This document shows positions 18,662-29,032 of a stretch of 64,000 nt of DNA, in pieces. Every line of letters begins with the position of its first letter. Position 1 is the stretch's first letter. The position numbers were made by a program, and so were the translations under genes. Source of the DNA: Flavobacterium sp. (GTDB lineage Bacteria > Bacteroidota > Bacteroidia > Flavobacteriales > Flavobacteriaceae); NCBI GenBank assembly GCA_010365135.1, contig JAAFGY010000001.1, positions 11,419-75,418 of the forward strand, given 5' to 3'. The notes beneath the pieces are model-generated. The model had not been told where the DNA came from, did no database searches, and worked only from the letters and a program-made list of their open reading frames with translations.

Positions 18662-18768
18662 AGATTAACGGTTTTAAATTGCAGATTTATTCGTTTTACT
18701 GATCTTTCCAATCTGAAATCTTCTCCACCAATCAAAAATCAAAAATCGTTAATCAAAAATCTAAAATC
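18662..18768. repeat. Heptamer-periodic intergenic array (AATC family)
   Basis: AATC at 18730, 18737, 18744, 18751, 18758, 18765 (exact period 7); degenerate complementary left arm with AGAT at 18662 and 18683. Confidence 0.8.
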
Positions 18769-18771
18769 CTC

Positions 18772-19131
18772 ATGGCCGAACACAACGATTTAGGAAAACT
18801 AGGAGAAGAATTGGCTGTCGAATTTCTTCAGAAATACGGCTATACAATTCTAGAAACTAACTGGGTTTTTCAGAAGGCAGAAGTTGATATTATTGCCAAA
18901 AAAGAGAATATACTAGCTATTGTTGAGGTAAAAACGCGCTCTTCGTTAGATTTTGGTTTGCCGCAAGACTTTGTAAAACCAAAAAAAATCCAACTTTTGG
19001 TAAAAGCCGTAAACGAATATGTTATTTCAAATGATTTGGATGTTGAAGTCCGTTTCGACATTATAGCTGTTCATAAAGAAGGCAAATCTTTTGCTATGGA
19101 ACATTTAATTGACGCTTTTTATCATTTTTAA
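18772..19131 (+). CDS. yraN: YraN-family (UPF0102) endonuclease-like protein
   Basis: LGKLGEELA, EVDII, VEVKTR, RFDIIAV motifs. Confidence 0.92.
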   Translation: MAEHNDLGKLGEELAVEFLQKYGYTILETNWVFQKAEVDIIAKKENILAIVEVKTRSSLDFGLPQDFVKPKKIQLLVKAVNEYVISNDLDVEVRFDIIAVHKEGKSFAMEHLIDAFYHF

Positions 19132-19152
19132 TCCCAGATAATTAATGTTTAA

Positions 19153-19184
19153 TTTGTAACAAATTGTTTTTTTATTTATATTTG
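19153..19184 (+). promoter_or_regulatory. Complete sigma-A promoter (-33/-7)
   Basis: TTTG (19153-56), 20-nt spacer, TATATTTG (19177-84). Confidence 0.7.
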
Positions 19185-19228
19185 CACATCTTTTTGTTAG
19201 ATTACCACAAATAATAAAACAGCAAATT

Positions 19229-19885
19229 ATGAAAACCGTTTCTTCTATTGTCGAAAATTACATCAAAACAAAGCCTTTTTTATTGAATGCATTGTCCCTT
19301 GGAATAATCAATTTGACTTCTTTGTCCAGAAATATTATGGTCGAATTGGAGTCTGATTTTGGTAAAGAAGTCAAACAAGGTGCAGTTGTAATGGCACTAA
19401 AAAGACTCACCGAAGAATTGGATTTTAGACTGAATCACAAGATTAATAAGGTTATAAAAAACATTGGCGAAATCACGGTTCGTTCGTCATTGACCGATTA
19501 TACTTTTGCAGCATCGGAAACTGTTTTGAACAAACAAGCCGATTTAATTACCGATATCAACACCTTTTCAGATATTTTTTATACTTCTTCAAGAGGGGTA
19601 AACGAAACTAATATTGTGGTGAGTAACACCGTAAATCATTTGGTTGACAAACATTTTGCAAACGAAAAACTGATCCAAAAATTAGAAAATCTGGCTTCGA
19701 TTACGGTAAAACTACCCAAAGAAAATATTGTCGTTCCAGGAATTTATTATTTCATTTTCCAACGGTTGGCTTGGGAAGGAATCATCATCAACGAAGTAAT
19801 TTCGACTTCAAACGAGTTCACTATTTTAGTAAGCGAAGACGAAGTGGATGTAGCTTTTAAAGTGATTAAGGATTTGAAGAATTAA
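19229..19885 (+). CDS. ACT-domain protein lacking a kinase domain (often auto-annotated aspartate kinase)
   Basis: C-terminal ACT-like PGIYYFIFQRLAWEGIIINEVISTSNEFTILV; helical N-terminus; 218 aa is too short for aspartokinase. Confidence 0.7.
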   Translation: MKTVSSIVENYIKTKPFLLNALSLGIINLTSLSRNIMVELESDFGKEVKQGAVVMALKRLTEELDFRLNHKINKVIKNIGEITVRSSLTDYTFAASETVLNKQADLITDINTFSDIFYTSSRGVNETNIVVSNTVNHLVDKHFANEKLIQKLENLASITVKLPKENIVVPGIYYFIFQRLAWEGIIINEVISTSNEFTILVSEDEVDVAFKVIKDLKN

Positions 19886-19902
19886 AATATCATTTCTAAA
19901 CT

Positions 19903-19935
19903 AAAGCTTCCAGCCTTTGAAAGGCTGGAAGCTTT
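19903..19935. terminator. 33-bp perfect palindrome between convergent genes (terminator/REP-like)
   Basis: AAAGCTTCCAGCCTTT-G-AAAGGCTGGAAGCTTT followed by Ts. Confidence 0.75.
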
Positions 19936-22900
19936 TTATTTCCCCAACATCTCCATCAATTCCAAAGCTCTTCTCGTAGTTTTCACATTTTCAAAAGTCA
20001 ATAAAAGTCTTAATCCAACTGGTGTTTGCTTTTCTTTCATTACACAAATGCTGTTGTTTTTTTGCACAAACTGAATCATTTTTTGGAAACGATTCGAAGT
20101 ATAAAAATCGGAGTTTTGATCCGCCACAAAATAACCAATCATCTTGCCTTTTTTCATTACCAATTTTTCGATTCCTACTCGGGTAGCCACCCATTTGATT
20201 CGGATGCTGTTCATTAAAGCAACGGCTCGCGGTGGCATTGGTCCAAAACGGTCAATCAATTTATTTTGGAAAACAACTAATTCTTCTTCATTTTTCACGT
20301 TGCCCAAATCGTTGTACAAACTCAAACGCTCTGTAACATTATTGATGTATTCATCTGAAAACAACAACTCAAAATCGGTGTCGATTTGCAGGTCTTTTAC
20401 GTATTCTTTTTCGACTCCGCTATCTTCGTTTTCATACAAATCCTTGAATTCATTTTCTTTCAATTCATCGATGGCTTCGTTCATAATTTTTTGATAGGTG
20501 TCAAAACCAATTTCGTTGATGAAACCACTTTGTTCGCCTCCCAATAAATCTCCAGCACCACGAATTTCCAAATCTTTCATCGCAATATTGAAACCGCTTC
20601 CCAATTCCGAGAATTGTTCCAATGCTTGAATTCTTTTTCGGGCATCGTCCGTCATCGCCGAATACGGCGGACAAATAAAATAACAAAACGCTTTTTTGTT
20701 ACTTCGACCCACACGACCCCGCATTTGATGCAAATCGGACAGTCCAAAATTATTAGCGTTATTGATGAAAATCGTATTCGCATTCGGAACGTCCAAACCG
20801 CTTTCGATAATTGTCGTAGCTACCAAAACATCAAATTCTCCGTTCATAAAAGCCAACATCAATTCTTCGAGTTTCCTGCCTTCCATCTGGCCGTGACCAA
20901 TTCCCACTCGGGCATCGGGAACCAAACGCTGAATCATTCCTGCCACTTCCTTGATGTTCTCTATCCGATTATTGATAAAGAAAACCTGTCCATTTCGCTG
21001 AATTTCATACGAAATCGCATCCCGAATCAACTCTTCGCTAAAACCAACAACATTGGTTTCGATAGGATAACGATTGGGTGGAGGCGTTGTAATTACGGAT
21101 AAATCGCGCGCTGCCATCAACGAAAACTGCAAAGTTCTCGGTATCGGTGTTGCCGTTAAAGTCAAAGTATCAATATTGGCGGCAATGGTTTTGAGTTTGT
21201 CTTTTACGTTGACACCGAATTTTTGTTCCTCATCCACAATCAGTAATCCCAAATCTTTAAAAACCACATTTTTGTTTACCAATTGATGCGTTCCTATGAC
21301 AATATCCAATTTTCCTTCGGCTAATTGTTTCAGGGTTTCGGCTTTTTGTTTGGCGGTTCTAAAACGGTTTAAATAACCCACAGAAACAGGCATATCCTTC
21401 AATCTTTCGGTAAAAGTCCGATAATGTTGGTACGCCAAAATTGTGGTTGGCACCAAAATCGCAACTTGTTTTGAATTGTCCACGGCTTTGAAAGCGGCAC
21501 GAATCGCAACTTCTGTTTTTCCAAAACCTACGTCGCCACAAACCAATCGATCCATTGGGCGATCGCTTTCCATATCGGCTTTGACTTCGGCAGTGGATTT
21601 CGTTTGATCTGGCGTATCTTCGTAGATGAACGAACTTTCCAATTCGTTTTGCAAATAACTATCGGGTGCAAATTGGAATCCTTTTTCCAATCGTCGTTTG
21701 GCGTACAATTGAATCAAATTGAACGCAATGTGTTTGACTCTGGCTTTCGTTTTTTGCTTTAGAATTTTCCAAGCATTCGAACCCAATTTATAAATTTTGG
21801 GTGGCGTTCCGTCTTTTCCAGTATATTTCGAAATTTTGTACAGAGAATGAATGCTCACATAAACGATATCATTGTCGGCATAAACGAGTTTTATCGCTTC
21901 TTGAGTTTTGCCTTCGACCTGTATTTTTTGCAAACCGCCAAATCGTCCAATTCCGTGATCGATGTGCGTTACATAATCGCCAACAGACAAAGTCGTCAGT
22001 TCTTTAAGAGTGATATTTTGCTTCTTGGAATAATTGCTTTTGAGACTGAATTTATGATAACGCTCAAAAATCTGGTGATCGGTATAACACGCAATTTGAT
22101 TTTCTTCGTCGATAAATCCTTGGTAAATGGGCAAGACAATCGTATTGTATTGCTTACGAATATTCTCGGCATTTTCTTCGTCTAAAGTCTCGAAAATATC
22201 GTGAAACCGTTTCGCCTGTGCTTCATTGGAACAAAACAAATAATTTTTGTAACCGTTGAAATGATTCTCATTCAAATTATTCAACAACAAATCAAATTGT
22301 TTGTTGAATGAAGGCTGCGGTTTGATATGAAAATCGAATGCGGATTTGGTTCTATAAATAGGTTTAGAACTCAATTCGATTACCGAAAAATCCAAACTTT
22401 TCTTGATGAATTCGGTTTGATTTAAAAACAATTGTTCAGGAGCAACGTGATTTATGGTTGCATTTAAATTGTGAAAAATTTCATTGGCTTTGCCAAATAA
22501 TTTATCCAATTTAGAGAAAAGCAAATCGGTATTTTGGATAAAAATAACCGTTTGATTGTTGATGTATTCCAAGAAACTTTCGCGGTTTTCCTGAAAGAAT
22601 TTGTTCTCGACATTAGGAATAATCGTGATTTTCTTTTGCTTTTCGATGGACAATTGCGTTTCTACATCAAAGCTTCGAATACTTTCGACTTCGTCACCAA
22701 AAAATTCGATTCGGTACGGATTATCATTCGAAAATGAAAACACATCGACAATTCCTCCACGAACTGAGAATTCGCCGGGCTCCGTAATGAAATCCACTCT
22801 TTTGAATTCGTATTCAAATAAGACCTCATTGATAAAATCGATGGAAACTTTGTCGCCAACAGCCACTTTCAAGGTGTTTTTATCCAACTCTTTTCGGGTA

Positions 22901-23298
22901 ACTACTTTCTCGAAAAGGGCTTCGGGATAAGTGACAATAATCGCGGGTTTCTTGCGAGAATTAATGCGGTTTAAGACTTCAGCACGAAGCAAAACATTGG
23001 CATTATCAGTGTCTTCAATTTGGTACGGACGACGATACGAACCTGGATAGAAAAGCACGTCTTCTTCGCCAATCATTTGCTCCAAATCGTTCAAATAATA
23101 AGCCGCTTCTTCCTTGTCGTTCAAGATAAGCAAAAACGGTTTTTCGGTTTTTTTGAAAAGCGATTGCACCACAAACGAAAGCGACGAACCTAGCAATCCA
23201 TTCAATTGGATTTTATTTTCAGCTTGTTGCAAACTATCGACAATTTGCTTGATTTTTGGCGAATTATCGTAAATCGAATATAGATTTTTTTTACTCAA
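19936..23298 (-). CDS. mfd: Transcription-repair coupling factor Mfd
   Basis: UvrB-like N-terminus, RID (YVTHIDHGIG), GDVGFGKT, DEEQKFG, QMRGRVGRS, TRCF domain; TTG start overlaps the upstream stop. Confidence 0.97.
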   Translation of the reverse strand: MSKKNLYSIYDNSPKIKQIVDSLQQAENKIQLNGLLGSSLSFVVQSLFKKTEKPFLLILNDKEEAAYYLNDLEQMIGEEDVLFYPGSYRRPYQIEDTDNANVLLRAEVLNRINSRKKPAIIVTYPEALFEKVVTRKELDKNTLKVAVGDKVSIDFINEVLFEYEFKRVDFITEPGEFSVRGGIVDVFSFSNDNPYRIEFFGDEVESIRSFDVETQLSIEKQKKITIIPNVENKFFQENRESFLEYINNQTVIFIQNTDLLFSKLDKLFGKANEIFHNLNATINHVAPEQLFLNQTEFIKKSLDFSVIELSSKPIYRTKSAFDFHIKPQPSFNKQFDLLLNNLNENHFNGYKNYLFCSNEAQAKRFHDIFETLDEENAENIRKQYNTIVLPIYQGFIDEENQIACYTDHQIFERYHKFSLKSNYSKKQNITLKELTTLSVGDYVTHIDHGIGRFGGLQKIQVEGKTQEAIKLVYADNDIVYVSIHSLYKISKYTGKDGTPPKIYKLGSNAWKILKQKTKARVKHIAFNLIQLYAKRRLEKGFQFAPDSYLQNELESSFIYEDTPDQTKSTAEVKADMESDRPMDRLVCGDVGFGKTEVAIRAAFKAVDNSKQVAILVPTTILAYQHYRTFTERLKDMPVSVGYLNRFRTAKQKAETLKQLAEGKLDIVIGTHQLVNKNVVFKDLGLLIVDEEQKFGVNVKDKLKTIAANIDTLTLTATPIPRTLQFSLMAARDLSVITTPPPNRYPIETNVVGFSEELIRDAISYEIQRNGQVFFINNRIENIKEVAGMIQRLVPDARVGIGHGQMEGRKLEELMLAFMNGEFDVLVATTIIESGLDVPNANTIFINNANNFGLSDLHQMRGRVGRSNKKAFCYFICPPYSAMTDDARKRIQALEQFSELGSGFNIAMKDLEIRGAGDLLGGEQSGFINEIGFDTYQKIMNEAIDELKENEFKDLYENEDSGVEKEYVKDLQIDTDFELLFSDEYINNVTERLSLYNDLGNVKNEEELVVFQNKLIDRFGPMPPRAVALMNSIRIKWVATRVGIEKLVMKKGKMIGYFVADQNSDFYTSNRFQKMIQFVQKNNSICVMKEKQTPVGLRLLLTFENVKTTRRALELMEMLGK

Positions 23299-23896
23299 TG
23301 CGAGGGCGATTTGGGTCTGTTGGTGGTTTATTTGGTATTGCTCTTGAGGTATCCAACATTTTTAATAACTCGGATTCTCCTTCTTCAAGAGGAATTTTGT
23401 TTTTTTGAACAATTTTATCCATTTGATTTTGCAAAGAAGCTAATTCCACGTTGATTTCACCAACCAAAACAATAATTTTTTGGTCAGGAATGGTATTCAA
23501 ATGAATGAATAAATCCAGCATTCTTACCTTTGTAATTAATGCGGAAATTCGAGCTTTTAATTGAGGTTTGGCAAATTCGATTGGTATATTATCATTCAAT
23601 GCCATGGCTTTTTTAGAAAGTTCAGTAGCTTTTTTTTGAAAAGCGCCGATGGTTTTCTTAGGTTTTTGGTCTAATTCTGCCAAAAATAAACGCCATTCGT
23701 TCCATCCTAAAGCAGTAGATCGGGAAGTTTCATTGATAGGATTGGCATTAAAAACCCACCCTTTTTCTATGTTTGAAAAAATTAATTCTTTCTTTTTGGC
23801 CTCTTTCTCCGTTTCAACTAGGCGTTTTTCTGTGTCGTTTTTACACGAATTCAGAACAAAAATCAGCGGAAAAAGGTATAGGATTTTAAATTTCAT
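23291..23896 (-). CDS. Uncharacterised helical lipoprotein
   Basis: Lipobox LNSC from ATG 23896; TAACTTTG box at 23915-23922. Confidence 0.7.
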   Translation of the reverse strand: MKFKILYLFPLIFVLNSCKNDTEKRLVETEKEAKKKELIFSNIEKGWVFNANPINETSRSTALGWNEWRLFLAELDQKPKKTIGAFQKKATELSKKAMALNDNIPIEFAKPQLKARISALITKVRMLDLFIHLNTIPDQKIIVLVGEINVELASLQNQMDKIVQKNKIPLEEGESELLKMLDTSRAIPNKPPTDPNRPRIE

Positions 23897-24119
23897 TGCT
23901 ACTTTGTTAGAGTGCAAAGTTACGAAGTAAATCTACAATTACGAATTACAACAATTAGAATAACAATCTATTATCTTAGAGCTACGTTTCTTACATTTAC
24001 AGAATAAATTTTAAGAAATTAAGCAAGATTATAATGGTCATTTTACAATATTCCCTGCTTTTAACATAAATATTTGATGTTTACGAAAACGTTATCTTTG
24101 TATTTCCAAAATCATACAA

Positions 24120-25058
24120 ATGAATCCCAAAATACTAATAATAGGCGCTTGCGGGCAAATTGGCACAGAACTAACGCATAAACTTCGTGAACTTTATGGA
24201 ACCGAAAATGTTGTCGCTTCGGATATTCGAAAGTTGAATAATGATATCGTAAATTCCGGCACTTTTGAGGTGGTCAATGCACTCGATTTCAATCAAATTG
24301 AACATCTTGTAGAAGTACATCACATTACCGACATTTATTTAATGGCGGCATTACTATCGGCAACAGCCGAAAAAAACCCTGCTTTTGCTTGGGATTTGAA
24401 TATGAATTCTTTGTTTCACGTTTTGAATTTGGCCAAAGCCAAGAAAATAAAAAAGATATTCTGGCCATCAAGCATAGCGGTTTTTGGGCCAACAACTCCA
24501 CGGGAAAACACGCCACAATATACCATTATGGAGCCTTCAACGGTTTATGGCATTAGCAAACAAACTGGCGAAAGATGGTGTGAATATTATCATACTCATT
24601 TTGGTGTTGATGTTCGAAGTGTTCGTTATCCGGGATTAATTAGCTGGTCAACTCCTCCTGGTGGCGGAACGACCGATTATGCTGTAGATATTTATCACAA
24701 AGCGTTGAGCGATGGAAAATATGAATGCTTTTTATCCTCAGAAACCAAAATGCCCATGATGTATATGGAGGACGCGATTGATGCTACAATACGAATTATG
24801 CAAGCTCCGGCCGAGCAAGTCAAGATTCGTTCATCCTATAATTTAGCGGCGATGAGTTTTACACCAACTGAAATTGCTGCCGAAATTAAGAAACACATTC
24901 CAGAGTTTACCATTTCTTACGAACCTGATTTTCGTCAAAAAATTGCTGATAGTTGGCCGGCAAGTATTGATGATTCGCCAGCGAGAGCGGACTGGAATTG
25001 GCATCACGAATTTAATTTAGAAACTATGACCGTCGATATGTTAGCGCATTTGAGTTAG
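24120..25058 (+). CDS. L-threonine 3-dehydrogenase (SDR/epimerase type)
   Basis: GACGQIG, LMAALLSATAE, YGISK, PGGGTTDY motifs. Confidence 0.88.
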   Translation: MNPKILIIGACGQIGTELTHKLRELYGTENVVASDIRKLNNDIVNSGTFEVVNALDFNQIEHLVEVHHITDIYLMAALLSATAEKNPAFAWDLNMNSLFHVLNLAKAKKIKKIFWPSSIAVFGPTTPRENTPQYTIMEPSTVYGISKQTGERWCEYYHTHFGVDVRSVRYPGLISWSTPPGGGTTDYAVDIYHKALSDGKYECFLSSETKMPMMYMEDAIDATIRIMQAPAEQVKIRSSYNLAAMSFTPTEIAAEIKKHIPEFTISYEPDFRQKIADSWPASIDDSPARADWNWHHEFNLETMTVDMLAHLS

Positions 25059-25142
25059 AATATTAGTCTAAAAAGACTACTTTTAGATTCATTTTTCAAA
25101 TTAAAAAATAAAACCATCGAAACCAAAAAAAAATTTAAACCA

Positions 25143-27182
25143 ATGAAGAAACTATTTATCCTCGTCTTATTCGCATATGCTACTTTGCAAGCGCAAAACA
25201 CAACTTCAAATCTTCTACTAAAGCACGATAATAAACCTATTGATTTTTCCAAAGTAAAAGCCGCTACAATTCAAGAAGCCGTTGCAATTGTCATAAAATC
25301 CTCGGACGATAAAATAAAGAAAATAGTTGCGGTTAAAAAACAAACCGTTGCCAATACATTAATGGCTTACGACAATTTAAATTATGAAATTGTTGATTTA
25401 TCAATGAAAATAGGGTTGATTTCTTCAACTTATTCAAATGAATCCGTTAGAAACACCGCTTACGCAGAAATCGAAAAGCTATCTGTGTATGGCAGCAATT
25501 TGGGGTTAAACGAACTTTTGTACAAAGCCATAAAAAGGTTTTCGACTAATAAAACAATTGAACTTAACTCGAAACAAAAAAAGTTTATATCCGATGTTGT
25601 CATCTCATTCGAAAAAAATGGAATGAAGCTGAGTACAGCCGACAGAAAACCATTGGAAGAAATCAATAATAAACTAATAAAATTTGGAAATGCATTCGAC
25701 AAAAATATTGCCGAAAGCAAAGATAGTTTGACATTTAATGAGGGCGATTTAAAAGGAATCGATGCAGAATCTCTCCATTCTTGGAAACGTCCAAATGGCA
25801 AATATGTAGTTTACGTAAATGGTCCCAATAGTATAAAAATTAACGAAAATGCCGAAAATTCTACTACTCGAAAAATTGTTGGGGAACATTATAATAATAG
25901 AGCTTATCCTCAAAACATAGTTGTATTGGATAGTTTATTATATTACAGAAATGAATACGCTAAAAAATTAGGTTTTTCCTCTTATGCTGCCTACTCACTT
26001 GTAGATAAAATGGCTGCAAAACCCGAAAATGTTTGGGCATTTGAAAATGATTTGACCAAAAAACTAACTCCTTTGGTTACTGAAGAAGTAAAAACATTAA
26101 AAGCCTTTAAAAAAGAAGTGAGTCCCACAGAATCGGAAACTTTTTATACTTGGGACTATGGATATTACAGCAAAAAGATGCTAAATGCAAAATATCAATT
26201 GAATAAAGACGAGGTAAAGGAATACTTTGAAATGAACAATACCATCGCCGGAATGTTCAAGGTGTATGAATCATTGCTTGGCATTCAGATAAAACCGGTG
26301 ACCAATATGCCGGTTTGGGATTCTAAAGTGAAAACTTTTGAAATGTGGTGCGAAGGCAAAAAGATAGGAAGTTTTTACTTAGATTTATTTCCACGGGCTA
26401 ATAAGTACAGCCATTTTGCTTGTTTTCCAATGAGTCAATATATGAAAAATGGCGCGGTAGAAACTCTGCCTCAAGCGGCACTGATTTGCAATTTCCCAGA
26501 AGGAACCGTCAACGAACCTTCACTCTTAGAACATTCTGATGTAATTACTATGTTTCACGAATTTGGACATTTAGTGCATTGGTTAGTTTCTCATCCTGAG
26601 ATTGCTTCTCAAAATTCTTTTTCTGTAAAAGGTGATTTCAGCGAAGCTCCTTCCCAGTTTTTAGAAAATTGGTGCTGGGAATATGATGCTTTGAAGATTT
26701 TTGCCAAAAACTATAAAACTGGCGAACCGCTACCAAAAGAGTTATTTGCCAAAATGAAACAAACTCAGTTAGTCAATATTGGCAGTACTTATATTAGACA
26801 AATCTATTTGGGCCTTACTGACTTTACTTATGAAGACAACTATCTGGAAACCAAACAAAAAGGAGTTTTGCAAGTCTTCAAAGAACTTGCCGCTTTAAAT
26901 CAATTACCGTTTGATGACAACACTCATATGATTTACAGTTTTGGTCATCTTAGCGGATATGGTGCCAATTATTATGGCTATTTATGGTCCAAAGTCTATG
27001 CCCAAGATATGTTTTCTGTATTTAAAAAAAATGGTGTAATGGACTCAGCAACTGGAATTAGATATCGAAAAGAGATTTTAGAAAAAGGCGCAACCACTCC
27101 CGAAATAGAAATTGTAGAAAACTTTTTAGGAAGAAAACCCAATTCTAATGCTTTTTTAGAATCCTTGGGCATCAAAAAATAA
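25143..27182 (+). CDS. Exported M3A oligopeptidase (thimet/OpdA-like)
   Basis: Signal peptide; YLDLFPRANKY, FHEFGH, DFSEAPSQ, GANYYGYLWS motifs. Confidence 0.9.
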   Translation: MKKLFILVLFAYATLQAQNTTSNLLLKHDNKPIDFSKVKAATIQEAVAIVIKSSDDKIKKIVAVKKQTVANTLMAYDNLNYEIVDLSMKIGLISSTYSNESVRNTAYAEIEKLSVYGSNLGLNELLYKAIKRFSTNKTIELNSKQKKFISDVVISFEKNGMKLSTADRKPLEEINNKLIKFGNAFDKNIAESKDSLTFNEGDLKGIDAESLHSWKRPNGKYVVYVNGPNSIKINENAENSTTRKIVGEHYNNRAYPQNIVVLDSLLYYRNEYAKKLGFSSYAAYSLVDKMAAKPENVWAFENDLTKKLTPLVTEEVKTLKAFKKEVSPTESETFYTWDYGYYSKKMLNAKYQLNKDEVKEYFEMNNTIAGMFKVYESLLGIQIKPVTNMPVWDSKVKTFEMWCEGKKIGSFYLDLFPRANKYSHFACFPMSQYMKNGAVETLPQAALICNFPEGTVNEPSLLEHSDVITMFHEFGHLVHWLVSHPEIASQNSFSVKGDFSEAPSQFLENWCWEYDALKIFAKNYKTGEPLPKELFAKMKQTQLVNIGSTYIRQIYLGLTDFTYEDNYLETKQKGVLQVFKELAALNQLPFDDNTHMIYSFGHLSGYGANYYGYLWSKVYAQDMFSVFKKNGVMDSATGIRYRKEILEKGATTPEIEIVENFLGRKPNSNAFLESLGIKK

Positions 27183-27201
27183 TGAATAACACAAAACACA
27201 A

Positions 27202-28953
27202 ATGAAAAAAATAATTTCACTTACCATTATTATGATCTTTGCTTTTATTGGATGTAATAAAAACGATAAAAATGCCATTTCGGGAGATGCTGCTTTTGAA
27301 AAATTATCCGAAGAATTTCTTGACGGCTATTTAAGTTGGCGTCCGCAAACCGGCGTTTCCTTAGGTTACCATCAATACGACGGCAAAATCACAGATTACA
27401 GCAAAACTTCATTAGATGCTGAAGTGACAAGACTAAAAGAGTATGATAAAAAACTTTCCCAAATTGATTCGGCTTCATTAAGCACCAAAAAGTTCTATGA
27501 TTGGAAAATGTTGTCTTCCAATATCAAGCGGGAAATCTTCAATTTTGAAGATTTGAAAATCTACACCAAAAATCCGATGACTTATGCTGGTGTAATTGAT
27601 GTAAACATTTATATCAAAAGGAATTTTGCGCCATTGGAACAACAAATAAAATCCATCATTGCTATTGAAAACCAAGCGCCAAAGTTATATGAAGACGCCA
27701 AGGCAAATTTGCAGGATTCATTGGCATTGCCACACATTCAATTAGCGATTGAAATTGCTAGAGGTTCGGCTTCTTTTCTTGGAAACGATCTTTTAGTAGC
27801 TTTGAAAGATGTGAAAAATGATTCACTGATGATGGCTTTCAACATCGCCAATAAAAAAGCAATCGACGCCATAAACGGCTACGCTGACTTTTTGGAAAAA
27901 GAAAAATTGCCCAAAGCGAATACGGATTATGCTATTGGTAAAGAAAATTACCAAAAAATGCTTTTGTATGGCGAAGGAATTACCATGTCTGCCGATGACA
28001 TTTTAGCCGTTGGAATGAAAGAATTGCAAAAAGAACAATCGGCTTTTAATGCTGCTGCAAAAATCATAAACCCCAACAAAAAGCCAATTGATGTGTATAA
28101 TGATATGCAAAAAGAACATCCCACGGCCGAAAGTTTAATTCCAGATGCCAAGAAAAATCTGGAAGCCATTCGCCAGTTTCTAATTGACAAAAAAATTGTG
28201 ACCATGCCTTCAGAAGTTCGAGTGAAAGTGGAAGAAACTCCTACATTTGCCAGAGCAACAAGTACCGCATCGATGGATACTCCTGGCCCTTTTGAAACAA
28301 AAGCCACCGAAGCGTATTATTACATCACTCCAGTTGAAGCTATATGGACACCGCAACAAAAAGAAGATTGGTTGGCGCAATTTAATTTTTATACTACCGA
28401 TGTGGTTTCTGTTCACGAAGCCTATCCCGGACATTACACACAGTTTTTGCATTTGAATGCTTCTGACGCCTCTAAAATTCAGAAGATTTTTGGAAGCTAT
28501 GCGTACATCGAAGGGTGGGCACATTACACTGAAAAAATGATGCTCGATGCTGGATTCGGGAATTCTGGTGACCCAATTAAAGCAGCCAAATATCGTATGG
28601 CGCAATCTGGCGATGCTTTGTTGCGCATTTGTCGTTTGTGTGTGTCTATCAATACACATTGTCACGGAATGAATGTTGAAGATGCTACCAAATTCTTTAT
28701 GAATAATTGGTATCAAGGGGACAAACCATCTCGTCAGGAAGCGTTGCGAGGCACATTCGATCCTGGATATTTATTTTATACTGTCGGGAAATTGCAAATT
28801 CTAAAGCTTCGAGAAGATTTCAAAAAACAAGAAGGAGGCAACTATAGCTTGCAAAAATTCAACGATGCAATGCTGGATAACGGGATGCCGCCAATTCAAA
28901 TGATGCGCGAATTGTTGTTGAAAGACAAAAAAACTTGGAATGATATTTTATAA
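27202..28953 (+). CDS. DUF885-family lipoprotein (zincin-like)
   Basis: Lipobox FIGC; HEAYPGHY and EGWAHYTE motifs. Confidence 0.85.
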   Translation: MKKIISLTIIMIFAFIGCNKNDKNAISGDAAFEKLSEEFLDGYLSWRPQTGVSLGYHQYDGKITDYSKTSLDAEVTRLKEYDKKLSQIDSASLSTKKFYDWKMLSSNIKREIFNFEDLKIYTKNPMTYAGVIDVNIYIKRNFAPLEQQIKSIIAIENQAPKLYEDAKANLQDSLALPHIQLAIEIARGSASFLGNDLLVALKDVKNDSLMMAFNIANKKAIDAINGYADFLEKEKLPKANTDYAIGKENYQKMLLYGEGITMSADDILAVGMKELQKEQSAFNAAAKIINPNKKPIDVYNDMQKEHPTAESLIPDAKKNLEAIRQFLIDKKIVTMPSEVRVKVEETPTFARATSTASMDTPGPFETKATEAYYYITPVEAIWTPQQKEDWLAQFNFYTTDVVSVHEAYPGHYTQFLHLNASDASKIQKIFGSYAYIEGWAHYTEKMMLDAGFGNSGDPIKAAKYRMAQSGDALLRICRLCVSINTHCHGMNVEDATKFFMNNWYQGDKPSRQEALRGTFDPGYLFYTVGKLQILKLREDFKKQEGGNYSLQKFNDAMLDNGMPPIQMMRELLLKDKKTWNDIL

Positions 28954-28971
28954 TAACATGTACCACTATAT

Positions 28972-29011
28972 AAAAAGGTCTAATTCCAAAATAGCGGAAT
29001 TAGACCTTTTT
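28972..29011. terminator. Bidirectional intrinsic terminator
   Basis: AAAAAGGTCTAATTCC-N8-GGAATTAGACCTTTTT. Confidence 0.8.
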
Positions 29012-29032
29012 TACTATTATCTTTTTTTACTA

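Noticed and set aside
18730-18768. Periodic arrays as CRISPR repeats
   Set aside because: Units are 7-9 nt with no 25-45-nt repeat/spacer alternation, and no cas genes are present in the window.
23918-23960. AATTAC heptamer units upstream of the mfd-linked lipoprotein
   Set aside because: Only two or three degenerate units and no complementary arm; too weak to call.
25055-25092. TTAGA...TCTAA as a third copy of the suf operator
   Set aside because: The spacer is 7 nt rather than 5, the flanks do not match, and it is better explained by a weak TAGTCT/AGACTA hairpin.
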